Program-made: the position numbers and the translations under genes
Shown: positions 29,775 to 38,435 of the stretch, piece after piece
Position numbering within the stretch: the stretch's first letter is position 1
Layout of the letters: each line of letters opens with the position of its first letter
The notes under the pieces: model-generated
The model's input: only the letters and a program-made list of their open reading frames with translations
Databases searched by the model: none
Told to the model about the DNA's origin: nothing
From: Candidatus Caldarchaeum sp.
GTDB lineage: Archaea > Thermoproteota > Nitrososphaeria_A > Caldarchaeales > Caldarchaeaceae
Reading direction: 5' to 3'
Length of the DNA: 64,000 nt
NCBI GenBank assembly: GCA_038896555.1
Contig: JAWACZ010000002.1
Coordinates: 13,873 to 77,872 of the forward strand

Positions 29775-30407
29775 TTGATGGTTCCAACACTGTTAAGATT
29801 GGATATTCTGTTCGAGGCTGTAAGCTTCGTATTCAGCGTCATAATAGCGTCTATAGCCTTCCTAGCATGGCGTAGAGTTGGAGCGAGGTCTCTCTTCCTT
29901 TTTTCACTCGGTTTCTATCTGATGGCAGCAGCCATGATAGCTCGTGTCATCTTGGTAAGCTGGGCTTTTACTGCATCTATCCCAACACCGCCGCTGCGTT
30001 TACTTCCACTCCTAGTCCTTCAGGTTCAGGAGTTTGTTTACTCGGTTGTGAGGCTCAGCGCCTACGTAGTCTTTCTCTATCTTTACGCAGCCTATCCTTT
30101 GAAGAAAACCAGTGGAGCGGCTTTACTGGCTCCAGTATCTCTCATATACAACCCTCTCTTCGAAGCTCTTTCGGCCGTCATGCTGATGTTCGTCGTCTAC
30201 CAGCTACTAAAGGTCTCGGACGAAAACCGTTCGAACTATGTTTTGATAGCGTTCACGCTGCTTTTGGTAAGCCATCTACTCTTCTTCCTGACGCCTTTAT
30301 CGCTCCTGTTGTATCTCGTGGCTCATTTTGTCCAAATGGTCTCGCTGGCTTTCTTCCTCACAGCTGTGTCGCTGGTGCTCAGGCATGGTGAAAGACTATC
30401 GTTCTAA
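29775..30407 (+). CDS. Integral membrane protein, unknown function
   Basis: 210 aa with about six hydrophobic helices. Confidence 0.5.
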   Translation: MMVPTLLRLDILFEAVSFVFSVIIASIAFLAWRRVGARSLFLFSLGFYLMAAAMIARVILVSWAFTASIPTPPLRLLPLLVLQVQEFVYSVVRLSAYVVFLYLYAAYPLKKTSGAALLAPVSLIYNPLFEALSAVMLMFVVYQLLKVSDENRSNYVLIAFTLLLVSHLLFFLTPLSLLLYLVAHFVQMVSLAFFLTAVSLVLRHGERLSF

Positions 30408-30660
30408 AGCTAGAATATACGCCGACATACTAGAGTCTATCGCCTCGCAAGGATATGCGAGACCAACTAAGATAATGACGGACGCTAACCTCTCTTACGA
30501 CAGGCTTGTCAAATACCTGAACATACTTCTGGAGAAAGGCTTGGTCGAGAAAACAGGCGATCCTGAAACCTTGTACACAATAACTGAGAAAGGGTTGAAC
30601 TATCTCTCGGAGTTTAGACGTTTTGAAAGTTTTGCCGCGATCTTCGGTCTGAGGCTGTGA
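30385..30660 (+). CDS. Small winged-helix DNA-binding protein
   Basis: 'RIYADILESIASQGYARPTKIMTDANLSYDRLVKYLNILLEKGLVEK'. I chose the ATG at 30385; it overlaps the end of the membrane protein gene. Confidence 0.6.
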   Translation: MVKDYRSKARIYADILESIASQGYARPTKIMTDANLSYDRLVKYLNILLEKGLVEKTGDPETLYTITEKGLNYLSEFRRFESFAAIFGLRL

Positions 30661-30669
30661 AGATGAGGG

Positions 30670-30879
30670 TTATGTGGTGGCGTGCTGTGTTTTCTTCTTG
30701 ACGATTCTTATCCTGCACAGCAACGAGTCGCCGTCCTTTATCTCGAAGATTTTCCTAATCTCCTCAGGGATTGTTATCCTTCCCCCTGCTGTTACCTCTG
30801 CGAAGAACGGTATGTCCTCCTCGGATATTTCAACCATTTTTGCGTCGCATATAACGTTAAAGCGGCTTAATAACTTCAC
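30670..30879 (-). CDS. AbrB/SpoVT (MazE/VapB-like) DNA-binding protein
   Basis: 'TAGGRITIPEEIRKIFEIKDGDSL' swapped-hairpin motif. 4-nt overlap with the upstream decarboxylase-like gene. Confidence 0.7.
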   Translation of the reverse strand: MKLLSRFNVICDAKMVEISEEDIPFFAEVTAGGRITIPEEIRKIFEIKDGDSLLCRIRIVKKKTQHATT

Positions 30880-31841
30880 TCAACTCTGACTGGGCCGCCC
30901 ACCCCTGAAAGAATGGGCTTGAACCCAAAGTCCTTAACCCTGCTTAAAACGTAGCCAGAGTCTTCTGGATGAACGTTTATGAAGACCGTAGGCCCGGTCT
31001 GCATCGAAAAATAGCACTCCACCCCTTCCTCTCTCAGCCTCTGGACTTCAGAGATTATCCTCACGCTCCCGTCTGTAGCGAGGATGAGTCTTTTCGGACC
31101 TGTAGCAGTGGCTGCATGGAGCTCTATTGCGTCGAGCTCCTTGAGCTCACCGAAGGTTTTGAAATCACCTTCCTTGATGGCCTTCTCCATAACATCGCAT
31201 CTAAGACTGGCGTTTTTCAACCTTGCCTCGAAAAAGGTGGACAGCTCGGCCTCCCTGTGAGCCTCTTCTGTCGAGTATTTTGACGAAAGAGGCACAACGA
31301 CAACCTTGAGCGGAAGGTCTTTCTCGTCGGCAAAGCAAACAGCGTAAGAGTCTTCGTCTGAAGTTCCCGCAAACCATCTAGCATACTTCCCCACAACGCT
31401 TCTGCAAGCTGAGCCGGCCAGCCTTCTAGCTATTCTCGAGACCAGACGCATGTCCCATCCATAGATTTTATGCAAGCCTGATGCCTTGTAGGCTGCTGCT
31501 GCCAAGGCCGCGCCTGCCGAGGAAGAAAAACCCAAGCCCTTAAACCTGCCCTTAGGTATAGAGTTGAAGGAAACAACCCTGAAGTTCTCGGAGATGTCTG
31601 CGAGTTTCTTAACCTGGTCAACCACATGACGTATTCTTTCAAACTCTCTACCCGACACAGCCACGTTGTCTATGAAGGCAGCATCCTCTCCAAAATCGCC
31701 GAACTCAATTTCGGTTACTGTTGTGAAAGCATCTAGGTTTACAGATATGCTGTCGTGGTAGGGTATTCTGAAAACCCAGTCCCTAAGCCCGTGGTATTTG
31801 ATTAAGCCCTCCATGGTGTGAGCTGTGGCCCGTGCCTTCAA
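30876..31841 (-). CDS. Diphosphomevalonate decarboxylase family protein (GHMP kinase superfamily)
   Basis: 'GLIKYHGLRD...SISVNLD' N-terminus and GHMP motif 'GLGFSSSAGAALAAAA'. TTG start. Confidence 0.65.
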   Translation of the reverse strand: MKARATAHTMEGLIKYHGLRDWVFRIPYHDSISVNLDAFTTVTEIEFGDFGEDAAFIDNVAVSGREFERIRHVVDQVKKLADISENFRVVSFNSIPKGRFKGLGFSSSAGAALAAAAYKASGLHKIYGWDMRLVSRIARRLAGSACRSVVGKYARWFAGTSDEDSYAVCFADEKDLPLKVVVVPLSSKYSTEEAHREAELSTFFEARLKNASLRCDVMEKAIKEGDFKTFGELKELDAIELHAATATGPKRLILATDGSVRIISEVQRLREEGVECYFSMQTGPTVFINVHPEDSGYVLSRVKDFGFKPILSGVGGPVRVE

Positions 31842-31981
31842 ACTGCCCGCCTACGTGAACTTAACATCGATGAAACGGAGGGCGAGGCTTTGTGCTTCGG
31901 CGGCGACTTTTTCACCGTTCAAAGCCCTTCTGAAGAGCTTTGCTATCGCTGACATCTGTTTAAGCCCCATGCCCCTTCTCG

Positions 31982-33013
31982 TCACCTCAGCGGTTCCAAC
32001 CCTAACCCCATGTCCACCAGAATTCGCGACCGTTCAAGAACGTCCCTAACTTTAACAGCCTCATCTTCCTTGAAAGACAGGTATACTTGATGAGATTTAG
32101 TGTATCCATGAACTGTTTTAAAGGGATTAAAACCGTTGTTTTCAAGAGAACGAGCCAGCTCAGCGGAGTTTGACACAACCTTCTCAGCATATCTAAGTCC
32201 ATTCCTTTTCATCTCGTCAAGAGCAACGGCAAGCGCTGCAACCCTGTTGAAGTGTATGTTGTCGACAAACTTGTGGAAAGTAGAGGCCTCGACCTGTTTT
32301 GCAATTTTTTCATCGTTTGTTAGGATTATGCCTCCTTGCGGTCCGAAGAAAGATTTATGCGTGGAACCTAGCAGCACATCGGCCCCCTCTTCGAGAGGCT
32401 TTTGAAAAACTCCGCCCGCTATTAGTCCGAGCACGTGAGAACCGTCGTAAACTACGCGTCCGCCGTAGGAGTGAACGAATTCAGAAACCTCCCTGACTGG
32501 CATGGGGTACAAAAACAGGCTCGCTCCGAGAACAACCACATCAGGCTTTTCCTTGCTCAGTATGTTCAAGGCTTCTTCGGTATCAACTTGTACGTCGGCA
32601 TAGGGAATATTTACAACCCTACATCCGTAGATCTCTGGAATCTTGTCGGGCAAAAGACCGGGGTAACCACCAGCTGAAGAGTCTACGCAGGCTATCTTTC
32701 CACCTTTTCCACACAAAACGTATAGACAGGTCATCAAGGCAACGTGGCCTGAGAGAGGTGTGACATTGACGTGCTCTGCTTTGAAAACCTGCTTCCCAAG
32801 CTCCTCAGCCAACATCCATATCTCATTTATCTTCCCCGTCCCCGAGTAAAACTCTGGTCTGAAGCCGTATCTCGAGGCCATGTCTGACGCTAGGGCCCTT
32901 TTAGTAGCGGGACTTAGCACTTTCTCGCTGGCTATCAGGTTTAGACACCCCCTTCGGTACCTATCGTGCTGTAGAACTATGGCATATGGTTTAGGTTCCA
33001 TGCTGTTTAACAC
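31982..33013 (-). CDS. Serine hydroxymethyltransferase-like PLP enzyme; short, divergent paralogue
   Basis: 'LNLIASEKVLSPATKRALASDMASRYG' and the PLP-Lys region 'GSTHKSFFGPQGG'. 343 aa. Confidence 0.6.
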   Translation of the reverse strand: MLNSMEPKPYAIVLQHDRYRRGCLNLIASEKVLSPATKRALASDMASRYGFRPEFYSGTGKINEIWMLAEELGKQVFKAEHVNVTPLSGHVALMTCLYVLCGKGGKIACVDSSAGGYPGLLPDKIPEIYGCRVVNIPYADVQVDTEEALNILSKEKPDVVVLGASLFLYPMPVREVSEFVHSYGGRVVYDGSHVLGLIAGGVFQKPLEEGADVLLGSTHKSFFGPQGGIILTNDEKIAKQVEASTFHKFVDNIHFNRVAALAVALDEMKRNGLRYAEKVVSNSAELARSLENNGFNPFKTVHGYTKSHQVYLSFKEDEAVKVRDVLERSRILVDMGLGLEPLR

Positions 33014-33037
33014 CCATTCGAGGGATATTACTGTATT

Positions 33038-33496
33038 TTACACAAGAGCGTACCGGGTGTCAGCCTTGACGACCCTCAGCGTAACGTAGGTGTTAACCGA
33101 CAAAACTCCTTCAATCTTCTTTATGCTCTCAACAACCTGTCTAACGTGGTTAAGGTCGTAGCCTATTACAACAGCTATCGCCTCATAATCGCCTGAAAGC
33201 TGGTAAATGTTGTAAACTTCCCTGATGGATTTAAGCACTTCAAGAACGTTTTCCAATTCGGATGGTTCAATTTTAATCATCAAAGCCGCTGAGTTTTTCA
33301 ACCCTAGCTTTGCATGGTCGGTCAACGCTGTCACTCTTCTTATCACGCCGTTTTTCACCATTCGGTTGAAACGAAAACGAACGGTGTTTTCGCTTACTCC
33401 AAGCCTTCTACCTATTTCCGCGAAAGAAGCTCTACCGTCCTCGTAGAGGATTGATAGAATCTTTTTATCTAGGTCGTCGACTTCAGCCATTTTCAT
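33038..33496 (-). CDS. Lrp/AsnC family transcriptional regulator
   Basis: 'LDKKILSILYEDGRASFAEIGRRLGVSENTVRFRFNRMVKNGVI' plus a C-terminal RAM-type domain. Confidence 0.85.
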   Translation of the reverse strand: MKMAEVDDLDKKILSILYEDGRASFAEIGRRLGVSENTVRFRFNRMVKNGVIRRVTALTDHAKLGLKNSAALMIKIEPSELENVLEVLKSIREVYNIYQLSGDYEAIAVVIGYDLNHVRQVVESIKKIEGVLSVNTYVTLRVVKADTRYALV

Positions 33497-33908
33497 CCCA
33501 TCTCACGATAACTCCTTTCTCGATGTTATGTTTTGACAGGTCGATAAAACGCCATCCCCTGCCCACGAACCTTATGGCGGCGACAGGTTTTGGGTTAAAT
33601 CTTTCACCGCAGTGGGGGCATTTGATTTCAAACCTCTGGACAAACTCCATCAACCTCTCCACCTGTTCGGCAGTAAGCATGGCATACGTTTTCCCGCTAC
33701 TCTTCACCTCAACTGCGAGAAACTCTCCATCGTCCACCGCCACAATGTCCGGCTTAGCCATCTTCCCCGAGCCGCTGCCGGGGGTCCTCAACGCGTAAAA
33801 TCCTTTTTCACCCATGTCCACAAACTTTCTCAGCAGGCTATATTCGCCCTCGTATCCTATTCGGGCTTTGTAGCGGGGTGAATTAGGGTCAGAGGGTTTT
33901 CTAGGCAT
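33483..33908 (-). CDS. hjc: Holliday junction resolvase Hjc
   Basis: 'GYEGEY...GFYALRTPGSGSG...KPDIVAV...LAVEVKSS' gives the E / D / ExK catalytic pattern of archaeal Hjc. Contains an extra 'CPHC' segment. Confidence 0.75.
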   Translation of the reverse strand: MPRKPSDPNSPRYKARIGYEGEYSLLRKFVDMGEKGFYALRTPGSGSGKMAKPDIVAVDDGEFLAVEVKSSGKTYAMLTAEQVERLMEFVQRFEIKCPHCGERFNPKPVAAIRFVGRGWRFIDLSKHNIEKGVIVRWDENG

Positions 33909-33916
33909 GGCCTTCT

Positions 33917-34297
33917 CTATCGGCTGCCTTCCAGCTGTATTATCTTTCTCTCCTGCCTGTCACGAGCAGGCGGGTTCTTCTCTATCTCGTTAAGCTCTAT
34001 AAGCAACGGGCTTAGGAATCTGCTGAAGCTTGCAGCGTTCTTCATCCATTTTCTTTCAGATGGCTTGGACAGATAGCCTATCTCAACCAAGTTTGTCAGG
34101 AATGTTGAAATGCTTCGCCTCTTTTTCTCGTCTCTCGAAAGCGAGTCGGCGAGGACGTCTGTTAAGTCAGTAAGAGTGAAAGGTGTTTTACCGATGTTGG
34201 CCACGGCTGACAACACCTGCATGATCTCTTCCTCAGTCAACAACCTAGTCTTCCATTTCAACATTTTAACAACAGGGTTAACATCCCTCAAAAACAT
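33917..34297 (-). CDS. Hypothetical small protein, possible winged helix
   Basis: Its ATG overlaps the upstream stop (TGATG). 'TLTDLTDVLADSL...ISTFLTNLVEIGYLSK' looks like a wH recognition region. Confidence 0.5.
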   Translation of the reverse strand: MFLRDVNPVVKMLKWKTRLLTEEEIMQVLSAVANIGKTPFTLTDLTDVLADSLSRDEKKRRSISTFLTNLVEIGYLSKPSERKWMKNAASFSRFLSPLLIELNEIEKNPPARDRQERKIIQLEGSR

Positions 34298-35730
34298 CAC
34301 CCCTTGTAGAATCTTTGATGAAGGTAAACAGGGTCCACGGAGATGTCTTTCCCACAACCATTACATGTCGTTACCAGCAGTTCGCCGTCGTCCATGCATC
34401 TCTCTAACTCCATCTTAGAAGGAAGGACCAGAAGGTTGGTCGATTGACAGTATGGGCACTTTAGCCTAACCCTGACACCGCTGTCGTCTTGGAGTGGGAT
34501 TGCTTTCTTCTGAAGCCTAAAGAAAACGGCAGATTGAATAGGGGCAGCTTCGGAGGAGACCGGTTTTGCAGCGGTGTATCGCTGCAGCTCGGTTTTCAGC
34601 TTTTCGTTCTCCTCCTCCAGCTGTGATTTCTTAGCAACAACCTCCTTAAACTCCTTCTCAAGCTTTTCAAAAACCCAGCGCGGTATGAGGTCGTTCTTTA
34701 TGGCTGGAAGAACAAGTTCAACGACTCTCTTTCTGACATTTTCCACGAGAGGCTGCTCCAAAGGCTTTAGAACGGGTATCTCACCAGCCTTAACGCTGGC
34801 TACGTTTGCAAGCTGGCGTGAAAGCACCTCGAGATCCTCCCTTCTGACCAGCTCTGGGTTCTGGAGCAGCATCAACAGCGAACGAGCGGATGAGACCTCT
34901 TCCTCCAAAACCTCCACCGTCTCCCTTTTTCTCTCAATTTCATCATTAAGCCGCTCAAGCTCAGCCTTCTTTTCCTCTATAGCCTTGAAGACAACCTCCG
35001 CATCTCCCTTGAAACCTAATAAGGTCTCATATTCTTTAGCCATCTCCTCAAGTTTTTTAAAAAGTTCGCCATGTTTGGTTTCAAGCTCAGAAACCTTGTT
35101 TTCCAGCATCTCCCTCACCTGCTCAAGGTTTTCCAGCTCAGGCATCCACTGAGTAATTTTACGCAGCCTTTCCTCTTTTTCATCGAGCTCGGACTGAATC
35201 TTAGAAAGTTTCCTCTGCTGCTCCAAAACCTGCTCTTTAACAGCCTTTAGGCTATTTTCAGCTTCCTCAAGACGGGCGAATTGTTCGAACACCGTTTTCA
35301 CATCAAGCCCTGCTTGAGACATTTTGGCAGCTGCTTTAGCAAGGTTTTCGAGATTATTTACGTCAACGGAATATTGTTCAAGCGTTTTGAGGACGGCGAC
35401 GACTTTGTTTACTGTCTCGAGCGTGAGTTTGTGCTGCTCCATGTAAACCTTCAAGTCGTCTTCGATGTGCTTTCTTTTCTCGAGAAGCTCGTTTATGGCG
35501 TACTCTATCTTCACGCTCTCCCGGAACTTTTTCTCATAGTCTCTGACGAGCACGCTGTAGCTTTTTCCATACTGTTTCTCCAGCTCCCTAAGCCTTAACG
35601 CTGCTTTGACGTACTTCTTTACCTGACTAGGGCCCACGCCCATGTTTTTCAAAGCGGTCAGCAGTTCGGCTGTCTCATCTCCCTCCAAACCTTTCGCCTC
35701 TTGGCCATAGCCTGTAGAGCCGTCGTCCAT
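34297..35730 (-). CDS. Long coiled-coil protein with C-terminal 4-Cys Zn ribbon, unknown function
   Basis: About 478 aa from the ATG at 35730. Heptad-rich and E/K/L-rich through most of its length. C-terminus 'CPYCQ...CNGCG'. Confidence 0.6.
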   Translation of the reverse strand: MDDGSTGYGQEAKGLEGDETAELLTALKNMGVGPSQVKKYVKAALRLRELEKQYGKSYSVLVRDYEKKFRESVKIEYAINELLEKRKHIEDDLKVYMEQHKLTLETVNKVVAVLKTLEQYSVDVNNLENLAKAAAKMSQAGLDVKTVFEQFARLEEAENSLKAVKEQVLEQQRKLSKIQSELDEKEERLRKITQWMPELENLEQVREMLENKVSELETKHGELFKKLEEMAKEYETLLGFKGDAEVVFKAIEEKKAELERLNDEIERKRETVEVLEEEVSSARSLLMLLQNPELVRREDLEVLSRQLANVASVKAGEIPVLKPLEQPLVENVRKRVVELVLPAIKNDLIPRWVFEKLEKEFKEVVAKKSQLEEENEKLKTELQRYTAAKPVSSEAAPIQSAVFFRLQKKAIPLQDDSGVRVRLKCPYCQSTNLLVLPSKMELERCMDDGELLVTTCNGCGKDISVDPVYLHQRFYKG

Positions 35731-35886
35731 AGTTGTCAAGTCTAATTCAAAATGCAATGATATAAGACTATAACTTCCCCACATTTTACATATAATTCGA
35801 AGGTGTCCAAGAATGTTTCTTGAGTATTGCTTTGATAACATAACCCTAAATAACCTCGAAGTATCTATAGGTTTAGTGGATAGAAC

Positions 35887-36699
35887 TTGTCGCCAGCAGT
35901 TAAGTCAATATATATCTCCTTGATGCTGGGAGCAGAAACGATAATTCCACTATTTTTCCTTCTGCTCCTGCTTCTGATAATCCTCTCAGCATCGATAAAA
36001 ATAGTCACCGAATATGAGCGGGCGGTCATTTTCCGTCTGGGACGGCTTATCGGCGTCAAGGGCCCCGGCGTCGTGATAATTCTACCATTCATAGATAGAC
36101 GCCGCATCATAGACCTGAGGCTTGTCACGTTCGACGTCCCCAAACAACGTATTATCACGAAAGACAACGTCACAGTCGATGTGGATGCTATAGTTTACTT
36201 CAGGGTCACAGACCCGCAGATGGCTGTGCTGAAGGTGAAGGATTACTTTACGGCTTCGGCTTTGCTGGCGCAAACGACTTTAAGGGATGTGATAGGCCAG
36301 GTCGAGCTTGACGACCTGCTGACAAGACGCGATGAACTCAACAAGAGGATTCAGCAAATACTTGACGAGTCAACAGAGCCGTGGGGGATTAAAGTTACCA
36401 CGGTGGCGTTAAGGGATGTTGTCATCCCAGAAATGATGCAGCGTGCCATAGCTAAGCAGGCTGAAGCTGAGAGGGAGCGTAGAAGCAGAATAATAGCGGC
36501 TGAAGGAGAGCTTATGGCCGCTGAGAAAATGGCCCAAGCCGCTGACTACTACGCACAGCATCCAATCGCACTACGTTTGAGGGAGCTTCAGACATGGAGC
36601 GAGATAGCCCGAGAAAAGAACATGATAGTGGTTACAGATTCCGGTACGAGAGAGCTAGGCACTATACTAGGGGTCATGGGAGCCAAAAAACAGGAATGA
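35887..36699 (+). CDS. SPFH/Band-7 (stomatin/prohibitin-like) protein
   Basis: N-terminal TM, then 'IKIVTEYERAVIFRLGR' and 'AEAERERRSRIIAAEGE'. The start is either TTG 35887 or ATG 35923. Confidence 0.85.
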   Translation: MSPAVKSIYISLMLGAETIIPLFFLLLLLLIILSASIKIVTEYERAVIFRLGRLIGVKGPGVVIILPFIDRRRIIDLRLVTFDVPKQRIITKDNVTVDVDAIVYFRVTDPQMAVLKVKDYFTASALLAQTTLRDVIGQVELDDLLTRRDELNKRIQQILDESTEPWGIKVTTVALRDVVIPEMMQRAIAKQAEAERERRSRIIAAEGELMAAEKMAQAADYYAQHPIALRLRELQTWSEIAREKNMIVVTDSGTRELGTILGVMGAKKQE

Positions 36700-37964
36700 G
36701 ATTTTTATTTGCAGCTTTCTTGCTTGCAGCCGTCCTTTCAGCAGCGGGCCAACAGCCTGCAATCTTATGGGTTGAGATAAACGGCTACATCTCGCCGGGG
36801 ACAGCCACCTACGTCGAGGAAGCGTTAGTACATGCATCCCAGTACTCAGCTGTCTTGATCACCATCGACACTTTGGGCGGCCAAGCTGATGCGATGCTGA
36901 AGATAGTCGAAACAATTCAGCGTTCACCCGTCCCAGTAATAGGGTATGTCTACCCGGCGGGGGGAAAGGCTTTGTCGGCTGGGACATACATCCTTATGGC
37001 TACGCATTATGCTGCCATGGCTCCTGGAACGCTTATAGGCTCCGCCCAGCCTGTGTCGGGAGGAGAGCCCGTCACCGAATCTAAGGTTTTGAACTTTTTC
37101 GCCGAGAAGATGGGAGCCCTTGCCGAGGCCCAAGGCCGTAACAGGGACGAGGCTGTAAAAATAGTGTTGGAGAACAAAAACTTCAACCCTCAGAAAGCCT
37201 TGCAAACGGGTCTTATCGAGGCTGTGGCTACCGATGTGGAGGAACTTCTATCAAATGCCGACGGGAAAGTGGTTAAAACCCTAGCCGGCGAGAAAGTATT
37301 AAGAGTGAAAGGCCTGCCGCTTGTGAGGAAAGGACCGAGCATAACGGCGAGCGCTGTTGCTCTGCTCTCAGACCCGCTCGTCTCAAGCCTTTTGATAACA
37401 CTGGGAATACTATTCCTTCTTGTTGGGCTCACCTCGCCAGGCTGGGGCGGTGAAGTGGCTGGAGGCTTGATGATAGTCCTAGGCTTGGTGGGTCAAGGCT
37501 TAAACATCAACATCGCTGGCGCTCTGCTGGCCTCCGTGGGCGTCGGCTTACTGCTGTACGAGCTCATGTCCCCAGGGTTCGGATTGGCGGGAGCTGGGGG
37601 GATAATCGCCCTCACAACAGGGATCATACTTTTGGGAGGATACTCTCCAGCTCCTACATTCGTCGCCCAAGAATGGCTCACTCAGTTCCAGACGACCGTG
37701 GTAGCTATAGCGGTGTTTTCAGCAGCTTTCCTAGGGTTTCTCGGCTACAAATCCTACAGAGCCCAGAAAAAAAAGCCTGAGGACTCGATGTCAAGATATG
37801 GCAGGGCCGTTGAACCGATTGATCCAGGCGGGATAGGCTATATCGTGGTGGACGGGGAATATTGGAAGGCGAAGGCTCTCAAAAAAGTGAGGGAGCAGGA
37901 AAAGGTAAAAATAGTCGGGCGGGAGAAAGGCGTTTTCATCGTAGAACCGGAGAACGCTACCTGA
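36696..37964 (+). CDS. NfeD family membrane-bound ClpP-class serine protease
   Basis: Signal peptide, ClpP-like 'IDTLGGQADAM...GKALSAGTYI', central TM block and a C-terminal OB 'GIGYIVVDGEYWKA'. ATGA overlap with the stomatin gene. Confidence 0.8.
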   Translation: MRFLFAAFLLAAVLSAAGQQPAILWVEINGYISPGTATYVEEALVHASQYSAVLITIDTLGGQADAMLKIVETIQRSPVPVIGYVYPAGGKALSAGTYILMATHYAAMAPGTLIGSAQPVSGGEPVTESKVLNFFAEKMGALAEAQGRNRDEAVKIVLENKNFNPQKALQTGLIEAVATDVEELLSNADGKVVKTLAGEKVLRVKGLPLVRKGPSITASAVALLSDPLVSSLLITLGILFLLVGLTSPGWGGEVAGGLMIVLGLVGQGLNINIAGALLASVGVGLLLYELMSPGFGLAGAGGIIALTTGIILLGGYSPAPTFVAQEWLTQFQTTVVAIAVFSAAFLGFLGYKSYRAQKKKPEDSMSRYGRAVEPIDPGGIGYIVVDGEYWKAKALKKVREQEKVKIVGREKGVFIVEPENAT

Positions 37965-38385
37965 ACGGCCGCCGTCTCTGGAAACCTCTCGACCTAAACC
38001 CGCCTCTCTCTCTACTTTCCTCCGAGAAATATCTCTCCTTCTGAGAAAGGTTGTTCTCCACATTTACGTTTGTTACCTCTATATCTGCGGGCTCGATTTT
38101 CCCAAACCTTCCTAGGTTCAGCTGCATCCTACCTTTAAACAACTTTATGAACCCGTTGGTAACCTTCACCGAACCACCTTCGCTGACAATGTCTATGTTG
38201 TCGTCCCAGAGAACCAGGGTTATGGCGCCTGTTTCATCAGCTATCAAAGCTTCAGTCAGCCGATGCTCTGTCTGGTCATACTGCGAAGAGACAACGCGTG
38301 GCTCTGGTTTCTCAACAACTTTTGCAACAAGGTTTACACTCCTTGAACGCGGGGTTAGGCTTCCAATCTTAACGAACTCGCTCAA
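37957..38385 (-). CDS. ssb: Single-stranded DNA-binding protein, crenarchaeal single-OB type
   Basis: 'VNLVAKVVEK...ALIADETGAITLVLWDDN...MQLNLGRFGKI' OB fold plus an Arg/Gly-rich flexible tail. Confidence 0.65.
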   Translation of the reverse strand: MSEFVKIGSLTPRSRSVNLVAKVVEKPEPRVVSSQYDQTEHRLTEALIADETGAITLVLWDDNIDIVSEGGSVKVTNGFIKLFKGRMQLNLGRFGKIEPADIEVTNVNVENNLSQKERYFSEESRERGGFRSRGFQRRRPFR

Positions 38386-38435
38386 TTCCTTTGCTCACTC
38401 TTTGCAGTTATGTTCGTTATGTGAAATATATAAGT

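Noticed and set aside
31842-31981. A 140-bp gap between the SHMT-like and decarboxylase-like genes containing 'ccgttcaaagccc', which resembles a tRNA T-loop.
   Set aside because: The flanking bases do not form a T-stem or an acceptor stem. It is more likely the promoter/terminator spacer between two minus-strand transcription units.
35887-37964. The stomatin (SPFH) plus NfeD protease pair as a candidate novel system.
   Set aside because: This is a well-known conserved two-gene module in archaea and bacteria. Only the gene order (SPFH first) and the ATGA overlap are worth noting.
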